32,000 nt of DNA from Desulfobulbus propionicus DSM 2032 (lineage in GTDB: Bacteria; Desulfobacterota; Desulfobulbia; Desulfobulbales; Desulfobulbaceae), in contig NC_014972.1 of the NCBI RefSeq assembly GCF_000186885.1, positions 450,001-482,000 of the forward strand, in the 5' to 3' direction. A program made the position numbers and the translations under genes. Each line of letters opens with the position of its first letter. The stretch's first letter is position 1. Shown piece by piece: positions 8,051 through 18,267 of this stretch. A model generated the notes under the pieces. It was not told the origin of the DNA and searched no databases. It saw only the letters and a list, made by a program, of their open reading frames with translations.

Positions 8051-9913
8051 TTGGCTTCAATACCAGCAAATCCAGAAACCGAACCCCCCTCACTCGTCTC
8101 GCCGCTGTCGGCCGAATTTCTCGCCACGGTCAGCCACGGACCGGGGATCTATCAGATGCTCAGCAAGAAGCAGGTGCTGTATGTGGGCAAGGCGCGCGAC
8201 TTGCGCAAGCGGCTGAGCCAGTACGCCCACTTCTCCGGGCCGATCCACTCCAAGACCGCGGTCATGCTCTCGCATGTGCAGCGGGTGGAGACCATCCTCA
8301 CCACCACCGAAAAGGAGGCGCTCATCCTCGAGGCCTCGCTGATCAAGCAGCACCGGCCGCGCTATAACGTCATCCTCCGCGACGACAAGAACTACCCGCT
8401 GATCAAGGTCACCACCCGCGATCCCTGGCCCCGGGTGGTGGTCACCCGCAAGCGGCTGCGCGACGGCAACCGCTACTTCGGCCCCTACGCCTCGGGTACA
8501 GCCATGCGCGCCACCCTGCAACTGCTCTATGCCCAGTTTCCCCTGCGCCGCTGCAAGACGGTGCGTGAGCGGACCCGCCCCTGCCTCAACTTCCAGATGG
8601 GCCGTTGTCTTGCCCCCTGCGCGGGCCTGGTCGACCACGCCGAGTACCAGCGGATGGTGCGCGACGTGCTCCTGATTCTGGAGGGCAAGGTCGATGAGGT
8701 GGTGCGTGAGTTGACCGCCAAGATGGAGCAGGCCGCCGAGCAGCTGGCCTTTGAGAAGGCGGCCCGGTATCGCGACCAAATCCGGGGGCTAACCCGAACC
8801 ATCGAGCACCAGGCCGTTGTTGCCGACCATCATCTTGACCAGGACGTGTTCGGCATCCACCGTCAGGATGCCTCGGTGGGCATTGCCCTGCTCTTTGTGC
8901 GCGGCGGCATGATCACCGGCGCGCAGAGTTTTTTTCTTGCCGATCCGCTGGGCGAGGACGACAGCCTGCTGGCCCAGACCATTCTCCAATACTATTCGGT
9001 CGAACGCCAGCCACCGCGCGAGTTGCTGCTGCCCTTTGTCCTGGAAGACCGGGATTTGATCGGCGAGCGGCTGGCCGAACTGCGCGAAGGGCCGGTGTCG
9101 CTCTTGGCCCCGCAGCGCGGCAAACGGATGCAACTGATGCGGATGGCCGAAGCCAACGCGGCCCAGATTTTTTCGGAGAAGGCCAAGAAGGAGCAATCCT
9201 GGGAAGCCCTGGCCACCGGACTCCAGGCCAAGCTGCGGCTCGCCAATCGGCCGGAGATCATCGAATGCCTCGATATCTCCAACCTCCAGGGCAAACAGGC
9301 GGTCGGCTCCCTGGTCTGTTTTGTTCAGGGGGACAAAGCGGCCAAGCGCTTTCGTCACTACCGCATCCGCTCCCAGGACACCCCCGACGATTACGCCATG
9401 ATGCGCGAGGTGCTGGAACGACGGATGGCCAAGGGGGTTGCCGAGGACAACCTGCCCGACCTGCTGCTGCTCGACGGCGGCAAGGGCCAGTTGCAGGTGG
9501 CTGTCGACGTGCTGGGCGCATTTGACCTGCTGTCGCGGGTCGATCTGATGGCCATTGCCAAGGAAAAGCAGGAGGAGGGGGAAAAACTGTTTCGGCCGGG
9601 GCGCAAGAATCCAGTCCTCCTGCCCGCCCATTCACCGGTGCTGCTGTACCTGATGCGCATCCGCGACGAGGCCCACCGCTTTGGCATCACCTTCCATCGC
9701 AGGCTGCGCGGCAAGGCGCAGTTGCGCTCGCAGCTCGATGCCATCGACGGCATCGGTCCCAAGCGCAAACAGATGCTCCTGCACACCCTGGGCAGCGTCC
9801 GGCGGATAGCCGAGGCCGGCATCGAGGAGCTGGCCGAGGTGCCCGGAATCGGTCCGGAGCTGGCGAAACAGATCTACAGTCAACTGCACGGAGCCGACCA
9901 TGAACCCGGATGA
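8051..9913 (+). CDS. uvrC: UvrABC system protein C
   Basis: GIYQMLSKKQVLYVGKARDLRKRL GIY-YIG domain, CLNFQMGRCLAPC, LLLDGGKGQLQVA, terminal HhH (IDGIGPKRKQMLL, VPGIGPELAKQIY). Confidence 0.97.
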   Translation: MASIPANPETEPPSLVSPLSAEFLATVSHGPGIYQMLSKKQVLYVGKARDLRKRLSQYAHFSGPIHSKTAVMLSHVQRVETILTTTEKEALILEASLIKQHRPRYNVILRDDKNYPLIKVTTRDPWPRVVVTRKRLRDGNRYFGPYASGTAMRATLQLLYAQFPLRRCKTVRERTRPCLNFQMGRCLAPCAGLVDHAEYQRMVRDVLLILEGKVDEVVRELTAKMEQAAEQLAFEKAARYRDQIRGLTRTIEHQAVVADHHLDQDVFGIHRQDASVGIALLFVRGGMITGAQSFFLADPLGEDDSLLAQTILQYYSVERQPPRELLLPFVLEDRDLIGERLAELREGPVSLLAPQRGKRMQLMRMAEANAAQIFSEKAKKEQSWEALATGLQAKLRLANRPEIIECLDISNLQGKQAVGSLVCFVQGDKAAKRFRHYRIRSQDTPDDYAMMREVLERRMAKGVAEDNLPDLLLLDGGKGQLQVAVDVLGAFDLLSRVDLMAIAKEKQEEGEKLFRPGRKNPVLLPAHSPVLLYLMRIRDEAHRFGITFHRRLRGKAQLRSQLDAIDGIGPKRKQMLLHTLGSVRRIAEAGIEELAEVPGIGPELAKQIYSQLHGADHEPG

Positions 9914-10109
9914 ACGAACCATGGCCCGGCTCAAGGCCGGCTGCATCTGCAAGGGCGTCAAGCTGATCCGCTTGATCGAGGCCATCGAGAGCGGCGCCAC
10001 CACTGTCGAAGCGGTTCAGAAGGCCTGCGGCATAGGCGATGGCCCCTGCAAGGGCAAACGCTGCGGGGAGAAGGTGCGACAACTGTTGGCGCGGGATCAG
10101 GACCGCTGA
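9900..10109 (+). CDS. Bfd-like [2Fe-2S]-binding domain protein
   Basis: 69 aa with four Cys pattern C-x-C ... GIGDGPCKGKRCGEKV. Overlaps the uvrC 3' end by 14 nt. Confidence 0.75.
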   Translation: MNPDERTMARLKAGCICKGVKLIRLIEAIESGATTVEAVQKACGIGDGPCKGKRCGEKVRQLLARDQDR

Positions 10110-10214
10110 CCAACAGGGGAGGGGGAGGGCGATCGGGCAGGAAAAAGGGGGCCAGCCTATTGCAGCTGTACCCCCTTGAATGTGCGTCCCGGCGGCATCA
10201 CCGAACGGAACGGA

Positions 10215-10424
10215 TCACCAATTGCCTTTGCCGATGATCTGGCTCACATCGACGCAGTGACTCGCTTCTTCCTCGCTTAATTCCTCTTTCTTTTTGATGA
10301 ATTTTATATCCTTGAATTGGCAGGCATATTCTTTTCCATCCTTATCCCTGATCCAGACCATCTCTTCGTATCCAAGACCTGTCTTGCCGCCCTTTTGCTG
10401 GGAGTCTTTTACCTCTTCGCTCAT
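10215..10424 (-). CDS. Hypothetical small charged protein (MSEEVKDSQQKGGKTGLGYEEMVWIRDKDGKEYACQFKDIKF...)
   Basis: ORF 10215..10436. Internal ATG at 10424 is preceded by GGAGGAG. Confidence 0.55.
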   Translation of the reverse strand: MSEEVKDSQQKGGKTGLGYEEMVWIRDKDGKEYACQFKDIKFIKKKEELSEEEASHCVDVSQIIGKGNW

Positions 10425-10451
10425 GTTCTCCTCCATGCTTCGTTCTTTGCT

Positions 10452-10628
10452 TCAATGTTGACCAACGCCCAACCATATTGGATAATTGATAAAAAAACCA
10501 ATATTTTCTAAACGCCCGCCAAAAAATGGTGGTTCGTGCAGCCGTGGCATGCGCATCGTTGACGGCCACGGTCCTTGTTTCCGCGATTCTTGGGGCTCGG
10601 GGCAGGGCATGGTGAGCAGGAAAGGCAT
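10452..10628 (-). CDS. Possible 58-aa Pro-rich small protein
   Basis: ATG preceded by AAGGAG at good spacing on the minus strand (AAGGAGTTGATTTGATG). No family recognised. Confidence 0.25.
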   Translation of the reverse strand: MPFLLTMPCPEPQESRKQGPWPSTMRMPRLHEPPFFGGRLENIGFFINYPIWLGVGQH

Positions 10629-10804
10629 CAAATCAACTCCTTGAGATTTTGCCAATCGCCCCCCACACTAGAAAAATTCTCCTGCGGGAGAGTGCTGGTT
10701 GCGCCAGACGGGCGATTTCCGTGACAGGCCGGTCTTGCGGGGTTCGATGTCTGCCACGCCTTGTTTATCTTGAACATGCAATTTGATCAGAAAGGAGAAG
10801 CACG

Positions 10805-11266
10805 ATGTATATCTTGGAAAGAGAGCAGCGGGTAAGCGCCAGCCGCGAGCAGGCCTGGGCCTTTTTGCAGCATCCGGCCAATCTCGATCGGATCACTCCG
10901 CCGGACCTGCGCTTTCGTATTGTCACCGACATTCCGGACAGCATGCACGACGGCCTGATCGTCGAATACCGGATCACCATCCCCCTGATCGGCACCCACA
11001 CTTGGGTGACCGAGATCAAGCACATCCGCGAGGGACACAGCTTTGTCGACGAGCAGCGGCTCGGGCCGTACCGCTTCTGGTATCACTACCATGAAATCCG
11101 TCCAACGGAAGAGGGGGTGTTGCTGCTCGACCGGGTCTTCTACCAGCCGCCGCTGGGTCTGCTCGGGCGGTTGCTGCACCGGCTCTACATCCGCCGGACT
11201 CTGGAGCGGATCTTCGACTACCGGCGGGAGCGATTGGCCTTCTACCTGTCGAACACCGGATATTAG
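10805..11266 (+). CDS. SRPBCC / polyketide cyclase-like ligand-binding protein
   Basis: MYILEREQRVSASREQAWAFLQHPANLDRITPPDLRFRIV... typical START/SRPBCC fold sequence. Confidence 0.82.
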   Translation: MYILEREQRVSASREQAWAFLQHPANLDRITPPDLRFRIVTDIPDSMHDGLIVEYRITIPLIGTHTWVTEIKHIREGHSFVDEQRLGPYRFWYHYHEIRPTEEGVLLLDRVFYQPPLGLLGRLLHRLYIRRTLERIFDYRRERLAFYLSNTGY

Positions 11267-11886
11267 TTGTTGAGCTTGCGTTTGCGGGCCGCCAGCCGCG
11301 ACCGGACAAACCAGCCGAGGCCGATCACCGCCAGCACGATGATGACGATATCCACCTGGTGGGAATACTTCTGGACCACGGTCCAGTGCTCACGCAGCCG
11401 CATGCCCAGGTAGAGGAGAAAGCCGTTCCACAGGGTGGCACCGATGGTCGACACCAGCATGAACGGCAGCAGCGGCATTTTGCCCATGCCGGCGGGGATG
11501 GAGATGAAGTGGCGGATCACCGGAATGAAACGGGCAAGAAAGACAGTGAGCAATCCCTGGCGCTGGTTGAAATAGCGCTCGGTCAGGGCCAGATCGTGGG
11601 GATTGAGCAGCAGATATTTGCCGACCTTGAGCACCACCGGCTTGCCGCCGTAATAGCCCATCCAGTAGGAGGCCAGCGAGCCGGCTAGCGAGCCGAGACT
11701 GGTGGACAACAGGGCCAGCCACAGGTTCCATTTGCCGTCGGTGACCAGGAAGCCGACAAAGGGCATGACCGCCTCGCTCGGCACGGGCGCGATCATGCTT
11801 TCCAGGGCCATGAGGATGAAGGCGCCGGCATAGGCAGTGGTTTCCAGGATGCGGACGGCGATGGTGCTGATCAGTTCGGTAATCAT
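11263..11886 (-). CDS. DedA family (SNARE-associated) membrane protein
   Basis: ESMIAPVPSEAVMPFVGFL, FNQRQGLLTVFLARFIPVIRHFISIPAGMGKM. Confidence 0.9.
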   Translation of the reverse strand: MITELISTIAVRILETTAYAGAFILMALESMIAPVPSEAVMPFVGFLVTDGKWNLWLALLSTSLGSLAGSLASYWMGYYGGKPVVLKVGKYLLLNPHDLALTERYFNQRQGLLTVFLARFIPVIRHFISIPAGMGKMPLLPFMLVSTIGATLWNGFLLYLGMRLREHWTVVQKYSHQVDIVIIVLAVIGLGWFVRSRLAARKRKLNN

Positions 11887-11895
11887 GACGGTTCG

Positions 11896-12696
11896 TTAGC
11901 GAAGGAAATAGAGGAGGGCAATGGCCCCGAAGATCACCCGGTACCAGGCAAAGACCTTGAAATCGTGGTGCGCCACATAGCGGATCAGTCCCTTGATCGC
12001 CAGCAGGGCACTGAAAAAGGCGGTGACAAAACCGACGGCAAAGAAGGCCAGATCCTGCTGGGCCAAGGTGTGCCACGACTTGTAGACATCGTACCCGGTG
12101 GCGAGAAACATGGTGGGAATGGCGAGGAAAAAGGAGAACTCCGTGGCCGCCTTGCGCGACAGGCCACAAAACATGCCGCCGATGATCGTTGCCCCGGAGC
12201 GCGAGGTGCCGGGAATCAGTGATACCACCTGGGCCAGGCCGAGCTTGAGGGCATCCGGCCACTCCATTTGTTCGACCTCGGTGATCCGCGGCACGCGCTC
12301 ACGCCGCTCCACCCAGAAAATGATCAGCCCGCCGACGATCAGGGCCACGGCCACCACCACTGGGTTGAACAGATGCGCCTTGATCAGCTTGTGCAGCAAC
12401 AGGCCAAACACCGCCGAGGGCAGCACGCCGACAATCAGGTTGAGGGCAAACTTGCGGGCGCTTGCCTCGTGGCCCAGACCGGTCATCACCCGTAGCAACC
12501 GCTGCCGGTACAGCCAGCAGACCGAGAGGATGGCTCCGAGCTGAATGCAGATCTCAAAGGTCTTGGCCTGTTCACCGGTATAGGCCAGCAGGTCGCCGGC
12601 AATGATCAGGTGGCCGGTGGAGGAGATGGGTAAAAATTCGGTCAAGCCTTCGACCACGCCAAGTATAACGCTTTGGATCAGCGCGAGAATTTCCAT
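11896..12696 (-). CDS. uppP: Undecaprenyl-diphosphatase
   Basis: [22 protein letters not shown] and [19 protein letters not shown] signature motifs. Internal start at 12696. Confidence 0.95.
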   Translation of the reverse strand: MEILALIQSVILGVVEGLTEFLPISSTGHLIIAGDLLAYTGEQAKTFEICIQLGAILSVCWLYRQRLLRVMTGLGHEASARKFALNLIVGVLPSAVFGLLLHKLIKAHLFNPVVVAVALIVGGLIIFWVERRERVPRITEVEQMEWPDALKLGLAQVVSLIPGTSRSGATIIGGMFCGLSRKAATEFSFFLAIPTMFLATGYDVYKSWHTLAQQDLAFFAVGFVTAFFSALLAIKGLIRYVAHHDFKVFAWYRVIFGAIALLYFLR

Positions 12697-12851
12697 GATG
12701 CACACAACTCCGAGGAACAGTAGGGACGTGTCCGCCCTGCGATGGGTGAAGCGAAAACGCAAACGGTCGGCAAAAGTCTCCTGCTGTTACCCAAACGATG
12801 GCCCCCTGTCAAGCAGAGACGGTTCGGCGTCCCGCCGTTGCGCGGGGGCGA

Positions 12852-13934
12852 TCAATCGCCATTGCTTCCCCGGCTGTCCAGATAGGGCTGATATTCGCGC
12901 ACATACATGTCGGAAAGGGTGAGAAAGGCGGTGACTGCCAGCGGGCCGTAAATGATGCCCAGCACGCCGGAGATGCTCATGCCGCCGATAATCGAAAGCA
13001 GCACCAGAATGGGCGGCAGCTGGGCCTGGGCGCCGACGAATTTCGGTTTGAACATGTATTCGATGAACACGGTCAGGAACAGATAAAAAACAAGGGTGAC
13101 CACGGCCTGCCAGAACTTGCCTTTGAGAAAGAAAATCAGCGTGGTCGGCAGGAGCACCAGGCCGACCCCGAGAATGGGCAGGAAGGCGAGCACCCCCATC
13201 ACCACCCCCCAGAGCACCGGCGACACCAAGCCCATCGCCGCGAAAAATATGCCTCCCAACACCCCCTGGATAAGGCCGCTCAGACCGTTGCCGATCAGGA
13301 TGGTGCCGGCGATGGAGGAAAATTTGTCGATCAGCAGCCTGTTTTGCGCTTCGGGCAGCGGCGACAGCTTGAGCAGGAAGGCGGTCAGCCGGTGGTATTC
13401 AATCAACAGAAAATAGATGCAGACGATCAGGATGCAAAAATCGAAGAAAAATCGCATGATGTCGGTCGCCCAGGTCGACACCTGGCGGGAGGCGAACAGG
13501 CCGGCGGTGGTCAGCAGCCGGGTCATCAGCTCGGGGATATTGGCCACCTCGAAATTGATGCCGAAATCCGCCAGCAGCTCTCCGGTTCGTTGGATCAGCG
13601 TGCTGTTTTGCAGGGTCTGCTGCAAAAGCGCGAAGATATCGGTCCGCCTGCCCAGCTGGATCACAGCCGGAATCTCGGCGGAGATGGATTTGATGCAATA
13701 CATCAACGGCAAAAAGACACACAGGGTGATCAGGGTGCAGGTGAGGGCCGCGGCCACCCAGGGCCTGGTTTTGGAGCTCAGGCGGCTGTAGGCCGGATGA
13801 AAGATGCTGGCCAGGAAAAAGGCGACGAACAGCTGATTCCAGAAGGGCCAAAGCACCACCCCGAGCATCAGCAAGGCGAGGAGGAAAATAAAGAGAAAGG
13901 TGATTCGCTGAAGAGGGGGAAGGGATGACGTCAT
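12852..13934 (-). CDS. AI-2E family transporter / PerM-like permease
   Basis: Multi-TM protein with GVVMGVLAFLPILGVGLVLLPTTLI and FVGAQAQLPPILVLLSIIGGMSISGVLGIIYGPLAVTAF. Confidence 0.88.
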   Translation of the reverse strand: MTSSLPPLQRITFLFIFLLALLMLGVVLWPFWNQLFVAFFLASIFHPAYSRLSSKTRPWVAAALTCTLITLCVFLPLMYCIKSISAEIPAVIQLGRRTDIFALLQQTLQNSTLIQRTGELLADFGINFEVANIPELMTRLLTTAGLFASRQVSTWATDIMRFFFDFCILIVCIYFLLIEYHRLTAFLLKLSPLPEAQNRLLIDKFSSIAGTILIGNGLSGLIQGVLGGIFFAAMGLVSPVLWGVVMGVLAFLPILGVGLVLLPTTLIFFLKGKFWQAVVTLVFYLFLTVFIEYMFKPKFVGAQAQLPPILVLLSIIGGMSISGVLGIIYGPLAVTAFLTLSDMYVREYQPYLDSRGSNGD

Positions 13935-14205
13935 GAACGCTCCTGATGCGTTGGGGTGTGGACCGGTGATGCACCGGAGAAAGAAGTATTGCCGCCATTG
14001 TAAAAACCCAGCGTCTTTTGCGCCAGTCTATTGTCGAACAAATCAGGCTGGATTCGGCTGCCGGAAGCGGTTGCGGCCAGGAAAATCGCAGGCTGCATCG
14101 GGTGGGATTTCCGCTCTTTCCTTCGCGGCAAACCGGGAAAAGGCTTGCAAGAGGATAGCGAATGGTGTAGATAACTTTTCCTCCTGTCCGCATGAGTACA
14201 ACCGT

Positions 14206-14283
14206 CGGGGCGTAGCGCAGCCTGGTTAGCGCGCCTGCCTTGGGAGCAGGAGGTCGAGTGTTCGAATCACTCCGCCCCGACCA
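14206..14283 (+). tRNA. tRNA-Pro (anticodon UGG), CCA encoded
   Basis: CGGGGCG...CGCCCCG acceptor, CCTGC-CTTGGGA-GCAGG anticodon arm, T arm GTTCGAAT, ACCA 3' end. Confidence 0.95.
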
Positions 14284-14303
14284 GTTGTAAAGAGTAAATA
14301 ATC

Positions 14304-14336
14304 AAGGGTTTACCGGTTTCCGGTGAACCCTTTTTT
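14304..14336 (+). terminator. Intrinsic terminator of tRNA-Pro
   Basis: AAGGGTTTACCGG-TTT-CCGGTGAACCCTT followed by TTTT. Confidence 0.85.
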
Positions 14337-14396
14337 ATTGTCGCTATCTCAACGGGGTACAAAATCACCTCCGCTTGGAAAGGAATAATCCTGCCG

Positions 14397-14615
14397 CCTC
14401 TTGCGTTAATTTTTTTTCGCTCGGAGGAGGTGCAGAATTTTGTGGCCGAAACCAAGGGAAAACTGCGGCTTTTCTACTTGCCGCCTTACTCGCCGGAACT
14501 CAATCCCGACGAGTTGGTGTGGAACTTTTGCCTGAAAATCGCCCTTCCAAGCCTTTCATGGCTGTTACCTGAGATTGCCGATAGAGTGCAAATAAATTTC
14601 GGTGTTGGTCAGTGA
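14397..14615 (+). pseudogene. IS630-family transposase C-terminal fragment
   Basis: FRSEEVQNFVAETKGKLRLFYLPPYSPELNPDELVWN is the C-terminal DDE-domain signature; the rest of the gene is absent and similarity decays after VWN. Confidence 0.8.
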
Positions 14616-14684
14616 CTTATGACAAAGAATCTTGGAAATCGTTTCCTTGTCATAAGGAACTCTTTTTGCTTACTCCTTGAAATA

Positions 14685-14714
14685 AAAAAGGGTTCTTGAA
14701 AAAATCAAGAACCC
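14685..14714 (-). terminator. Intrinsic terminator of the minus-strand tRNA-Val
   Basis: On the minus strand: GGGTTCTTG-ATTTTTT-CAAGAACCC followed by TTTTTT. Confidence 0.75.
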
Positions 14715-14728
14715 CGTCAAATTTCATT

Positions 14729-14803
14729 TGGTGGGCGATACAGGATTTGAACCTGTGACTTCCACCGTGTGAAGGTGGCACTCTCCCGCTGAGTTAATCG
14801 CCC
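14729..14803 (-). tRNA. tRNA-Val (anticodon CAC), CCA encoded
   Basis: Reverse complement GGGCGATTAACTCAGCGGGAGAGTGCCACCTTCACACGGTGGAAGTCACAGGTTCAAATCCTGTATCGCCCACCA folds as a cloverleaf. Confidence 0.93.
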
Positions 14804-15235
14804 CAAGGTAGGCTGTAATTTATAGAAGGATGAAACTCAAGGCAAGCGATTTTAGCGTCGCGTTCTCCAGAAACGGCTTAATATCAGCAGCGGAACGATT
14901 TTCTGTTTTTTCGTGAAAATGTTTCTGCCTATATGTGATCGCTTATATCCCGCGTGATTTGCTTTCCTCTGCCTGTCCACAGCAAGCTGTATCCCCGGCC
15001 CATTCATCACATCTCTATCCACCGGTTATATGATTTTTCCGGTTAACTTATCGATGACGGCTGAGGCAAGGGCCAGGGGATGCAGAAACGATGACCCGTT
15101 CATCAGCATCATCTATTTGTTTGTCGCACCAATGCAGAATTTAACCAAATGCGGTTGATTCGTTGATGGGCAAAAGATTGGTATAAAATCGTGATATTAT
15201 CGCGCACGCAAGGTGCAAAAAGAGGCAACCTTTCT

Positions 15236-15535
15236 TTACCTCAATTTTTCCCCAGAGGAATTCTTCCAATTTTCTTTAATCCACCTAATCGTTTCCTCTT
15301 GATTTTGTATTTCCTCTGGGAGTTGATCGTGGATCATTTTTTCTACCTTACTTCCAAACCCTTCCACCCCCCATGCGACGTGGTCGGTCAGGGAGCTGAT
15401 AATAAAAAGGACTTCTTGTCCCTCTTTACGGTTAAATTCCGTCGTATCAGGAATTCCAGAAATTCTTGGGTCATCTTTTTTGTACGTGGACCACGCATAC
15501 TCATACATCAAGTCTTCTTTACTAAAGGTATCCAT
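15236..15535 (-). CDS. Hypothetical 99-aa protein
   Basis: ORF with GAGGTGG before the ATG; ordinary soluble-protein composition. No family recognised. Confidence 0.5.
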   Translation of the reverse strand: MDTFSKEDLMYEYAWSTYKKDDPRISGIPDTTEFNRKEGQEVLFIISSLTDHVAWGVEGFGSKVEKMIHDQLPEEIQNQEETIRWIKENWKNSSGEKLR

Positions 15536-15696
15536 AAAGCCACCTCATGAATTGGGGGGACATCGGTCTGCCTCTTACTTTATTATTGTAAGCACCAATT
15601 TGATGCTGTCTTCCTGTAATGTTTACTCTCCCTAACAATCTGTGCCGTCTCAGCAGAATCTGTGAACACCAATCTGTGCACAGGCCGCTTGCGCCT

Positions 15697-17385
15697 TCAA
15701 TGGGTATTCGTGGTGGTGGAAATGTCATGGTTTGTCTGGGTTTCCGGCGACACTGCTGTCGGCTGCAGGTGGATATCCAGTTGCGGGAAGGGAATTTCGA
15801 TCCCCTCGACCAGGAAACGCTTGTAGATGGCCGTGTTCAACTCATGGGTCAGGCGTCCCTGCACCTGGGGGTGGATGGCCCAGGCCTGCAGTTCGATGTT
15901 GATCGCCGAGGCGCCGAAATTGAGCAGTCGCACCCGTGGCGCCGGATGTTGCATCACCAGTTGGTTGTCGCCCGCCACGTCCAGCAACACCTGTTCGATC
16001 CGGTCGAGATCGGAACCGTAGGCCACCCCCACTTGGATGCGCAACCGGTAGTGGGGTTTGGGCATGCTCTGGTTGACAATTTTTACATTGGTGATCACTG
16101 AATTAGGAATGGTGATCAGGATGTCATCGAGCGTCAGGATGCGGGTGCTACGCATGCCCACGGCCTTGACCTCGCCCCGCTCGCCGTTTTCCAGGACGAT
16201 GAAGTCGCCGGTGCGAAAGGGGCGGTCAAGAAAAATCGAGACCCCGCCGAAAAAGTTGGCCAAGGTCTCGCGGGCGGCGAGCGCCACCGCCACGCCGGCG
16301 ATACCGGCGGAGGTGAAGATCGCCGCCACCGGCAGGCCGAAATAGGTGCCGCCGTGATAAAAGACCACAAAGACCAGGGAAAACGAGAGCAAGCGGCACA
16401 GCAGGCGGATGACGTCGGCATCAAGGGCGTCTTCCTTGATGTGCTGCGAGGTGATGATCCCATTCATGGTCACGCTGCCGGCAACGAGAATGGCCCAAGC
16501 TTGCAGGATCAGGAGGGCGAACTCAAGGCCCATGACAGTGGCTTTGAGGACCGCTCCGGTGATATTGATTTGATGGTCGATGAAGAAGCGGAGAAACAGG
16601 CAGAGCCCCATGGCGGAGAGCGGGGCGAGGAGCAGATGCAGTCGCCAGACGCGGGCGGTTTCCCGGTCCTTGATCGCGCGGTGCCAGCGCAATAGTTTCC
16701 ACAGCAGCATGCCGCCCAGGGTGAGGGCCAGCACCAGGCCGATCCACTGCCACACCGCCTGCTCGACCATTTCCCGCTTCATCCATTGGGGGAGGGCGTT
16801 AATCATTCCACGGGGAATCAGCCAGCCCGGGGTGAAAATGTATTGTTCGTAGATGCCTCCCATGGCGCCGGGTTGGTAGGGCCGATGCCGTATCTTGGTG
16901 TAGAAGGCGTCCAGGCGGGCGATGGTTTCCGGGGCGAACAGAAAATCGTCGGCGCGCGGACCACTGGTCACCTTGGCGATCAGCAGTTCGGTGTGGGGCA
17001 CCCGCCATCTGGCGAGCTGCTGTTGCTTGACCGCGCTGTTATCGGGAATGTCAGACGGGGCGGGCAGAGGGATTCGGTCGAGGATTTCGCGCAGAAGAAG
17101 CACCGATTCCAGGCCGATATCGTTGGCCATGTTGGGTGGGACACTGCTCAGATCGAGGCAGCGCATCGCTTTCTCCAACTCGTCCCGGATCGTGCGGCGA
17201 TCCGCCGATGGCGCCCGCATGGCCTGGACAAAGGCCGTCGAATGGGCGAGAAAACTTTCGAGGGTCGCGCGGGGGCTGGCGGTGTCCACCGGCTCCAGGG
17301 GGAAGGGTTCCGTTCCTCTGGCGGTGGCGGCAAGAATCAGGAGTATGAGCAGAGGGGCGAGCAGACGGGTTGCCACGGAGTGCAT
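15697..17385 (-). CDS. MscS-family mechanosensitive channel with signal peptide and N-terminal extension
   Basis: Start MHSVATRLLAPLLILLILAATARG; MscS core ALAARETLANFFGGVSIFLDRPFRTGDFI, GEVKAVGMRSTRILTLDDILITIPNS. Confidence 0.92.
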   Translation of the reverse strand: MHSVATRLLAPLLILLILAATARGTEPFPLEPVDTASPRATLESFLAHSTAFVQAMRAPSADRRTIRDELEKAMRCLDLSSVPPNMANDIGLESVLLLREILDRIPLPAPSDIPDNSAVKQQQLARWRVPHTELLIAKVTSGPRADDFLFAPETIARLDAFYTKIRHRPYQPGAMGGIYEQYIFTPGWLIPRGMINALPQWMKREMVEQAVWQWIGLVLALTLGGMLLWKLLRWHRAIKDRETARVWRLHLLLAPLSAMGLCLFLRFFIDHQINITGAVLKATVMGLEFALLILQAWAILVAGSVTMNGIITSQHIKEDALDADVIRLLCRLLSFSLVFVVFYHGGTYFGLPVAAIFTSAGIAGVAVALAARETLANFFGGVSIFLDRPFRTGDFIVLENGERGEVKAVGMRSTRILTLDDILITIPNSVITNVKIVNQSMPKPHYRLRIQVGVAYGSDLDRIEQVLLDVAGDNQLVMQHPAPRVRLLNFGASAINIELQAWAIHPQVQGRLTHELNTAIYKRFLVEGIEIPFPQLDIHLQPTAVSPETQTNHDISTTTNTH

Positions 17386-17596
17386 GGGAATCTCTCTTGT
17401 TGATTCAATCGGGTGCGCGGCGGCTTGGCTGGAGACGTCAGGGACACGCGTTTTCCCTGATCGCAACAACGCAAAAACAGCCGATTCCGATGAAGGTGCC
17501 GCACGCCGCATTTTTCTTGTTACGCTTAGCATGTTTTCCGGTAAAATCATATCGTCAAGCGGCCAGCATTGGCCATGAAACAACCAGAGAGCCGGT

Positions 17597-18211
17597 ATGT
17601 CACCACAACACAATAGAAATGCGACGCCGAGGCGGTGCCTTGTCGTGTGCGCCGTTTTTTTACTTGCGCTCCACTGTCTGCTGCCAGGCGGGGCGGAAGC
17701 GCGGGTTTATGCCTATATCAACGCCAAGGGAGAGCTCCATTATACCCCGGTCAAGGGCGGCAAGCTGCGCAAGCTGGGACAAAAGCCCGGCAAGGGGACC
17801 CGGTTGGCGGGCACGGGGTCACTTTCCCGGCCGTTGCAAGCCTTCATCGACAAGACGGCCACCGCACAGGGGCTCGACCCCCTGCTGGTCAAGGCGGTGA
17901 TCAAGGCGGAGTCGAATTTTGACCCCAATGCAGTCTCGGACAAGGGGGCCCAGGGGCTGATGCAGCTGATGCCGGCGACCGCCAAGGACCTCCGGGTCGC
18001 CGATCCCTTTGATCCCCAGGAAAATATCGTCGGCGGCACCAGATACCTGCGATTCCTGCTCGACAGCTACGACGGGAATTTGGAGTTGAGCCTGGCGGCA
18101 TACAATGCCGGGCCGGGCAAGGTGAAAAACGTGGTGCCCGACATCGATGAAACCCGGACCTACGTGGCAAAGGTACTGGATACCTATCAGGCGTACCAAA
18201 AGAAGCCATAG
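17597..18211 (+). CDS. SLT-domain lytic transglycosylase with N-terminal DUF4124-like region
   Basis: VKAVIKAESNFDPNAVSDKGAQGLMQLMPATAKDL ... SLAAYNAGPGKV, plus signal peptide. Confidence 0.92.
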   Translation: MSPQHNRNATPRRCLVVCAVFLLALHCLLPGGAEARVYAYINAKGELHYTPVKGGKLRKLGQKPGKGTRLAGTGSLSRPLQAFIDKTATAQGLDPLLVKAVIKAESNFDPNAVSDKGAQGLMQLMPATAKDLRVADPFDPQENIVGGTRYLRFLLDSYDGNLELSLAAYNAGPGKVKNVVPDIDETRTYVAKVLDTYQAYQKKP

Positions 18212-18267
18212 CCCCCGCCCCCTTCCTGCCCCCGAGAACCAGCCCCGAAGGGGGCAGAAAATTCCCG

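Noticed and set aside
12798-13928. 376-aa plus-strand ORF opposite the AI-2E/PerM-like permease
   Set aside because: Composition rich in H/Q/E/D, typical of the antisense of a membrane protein; the minus-strand permease is convincing.
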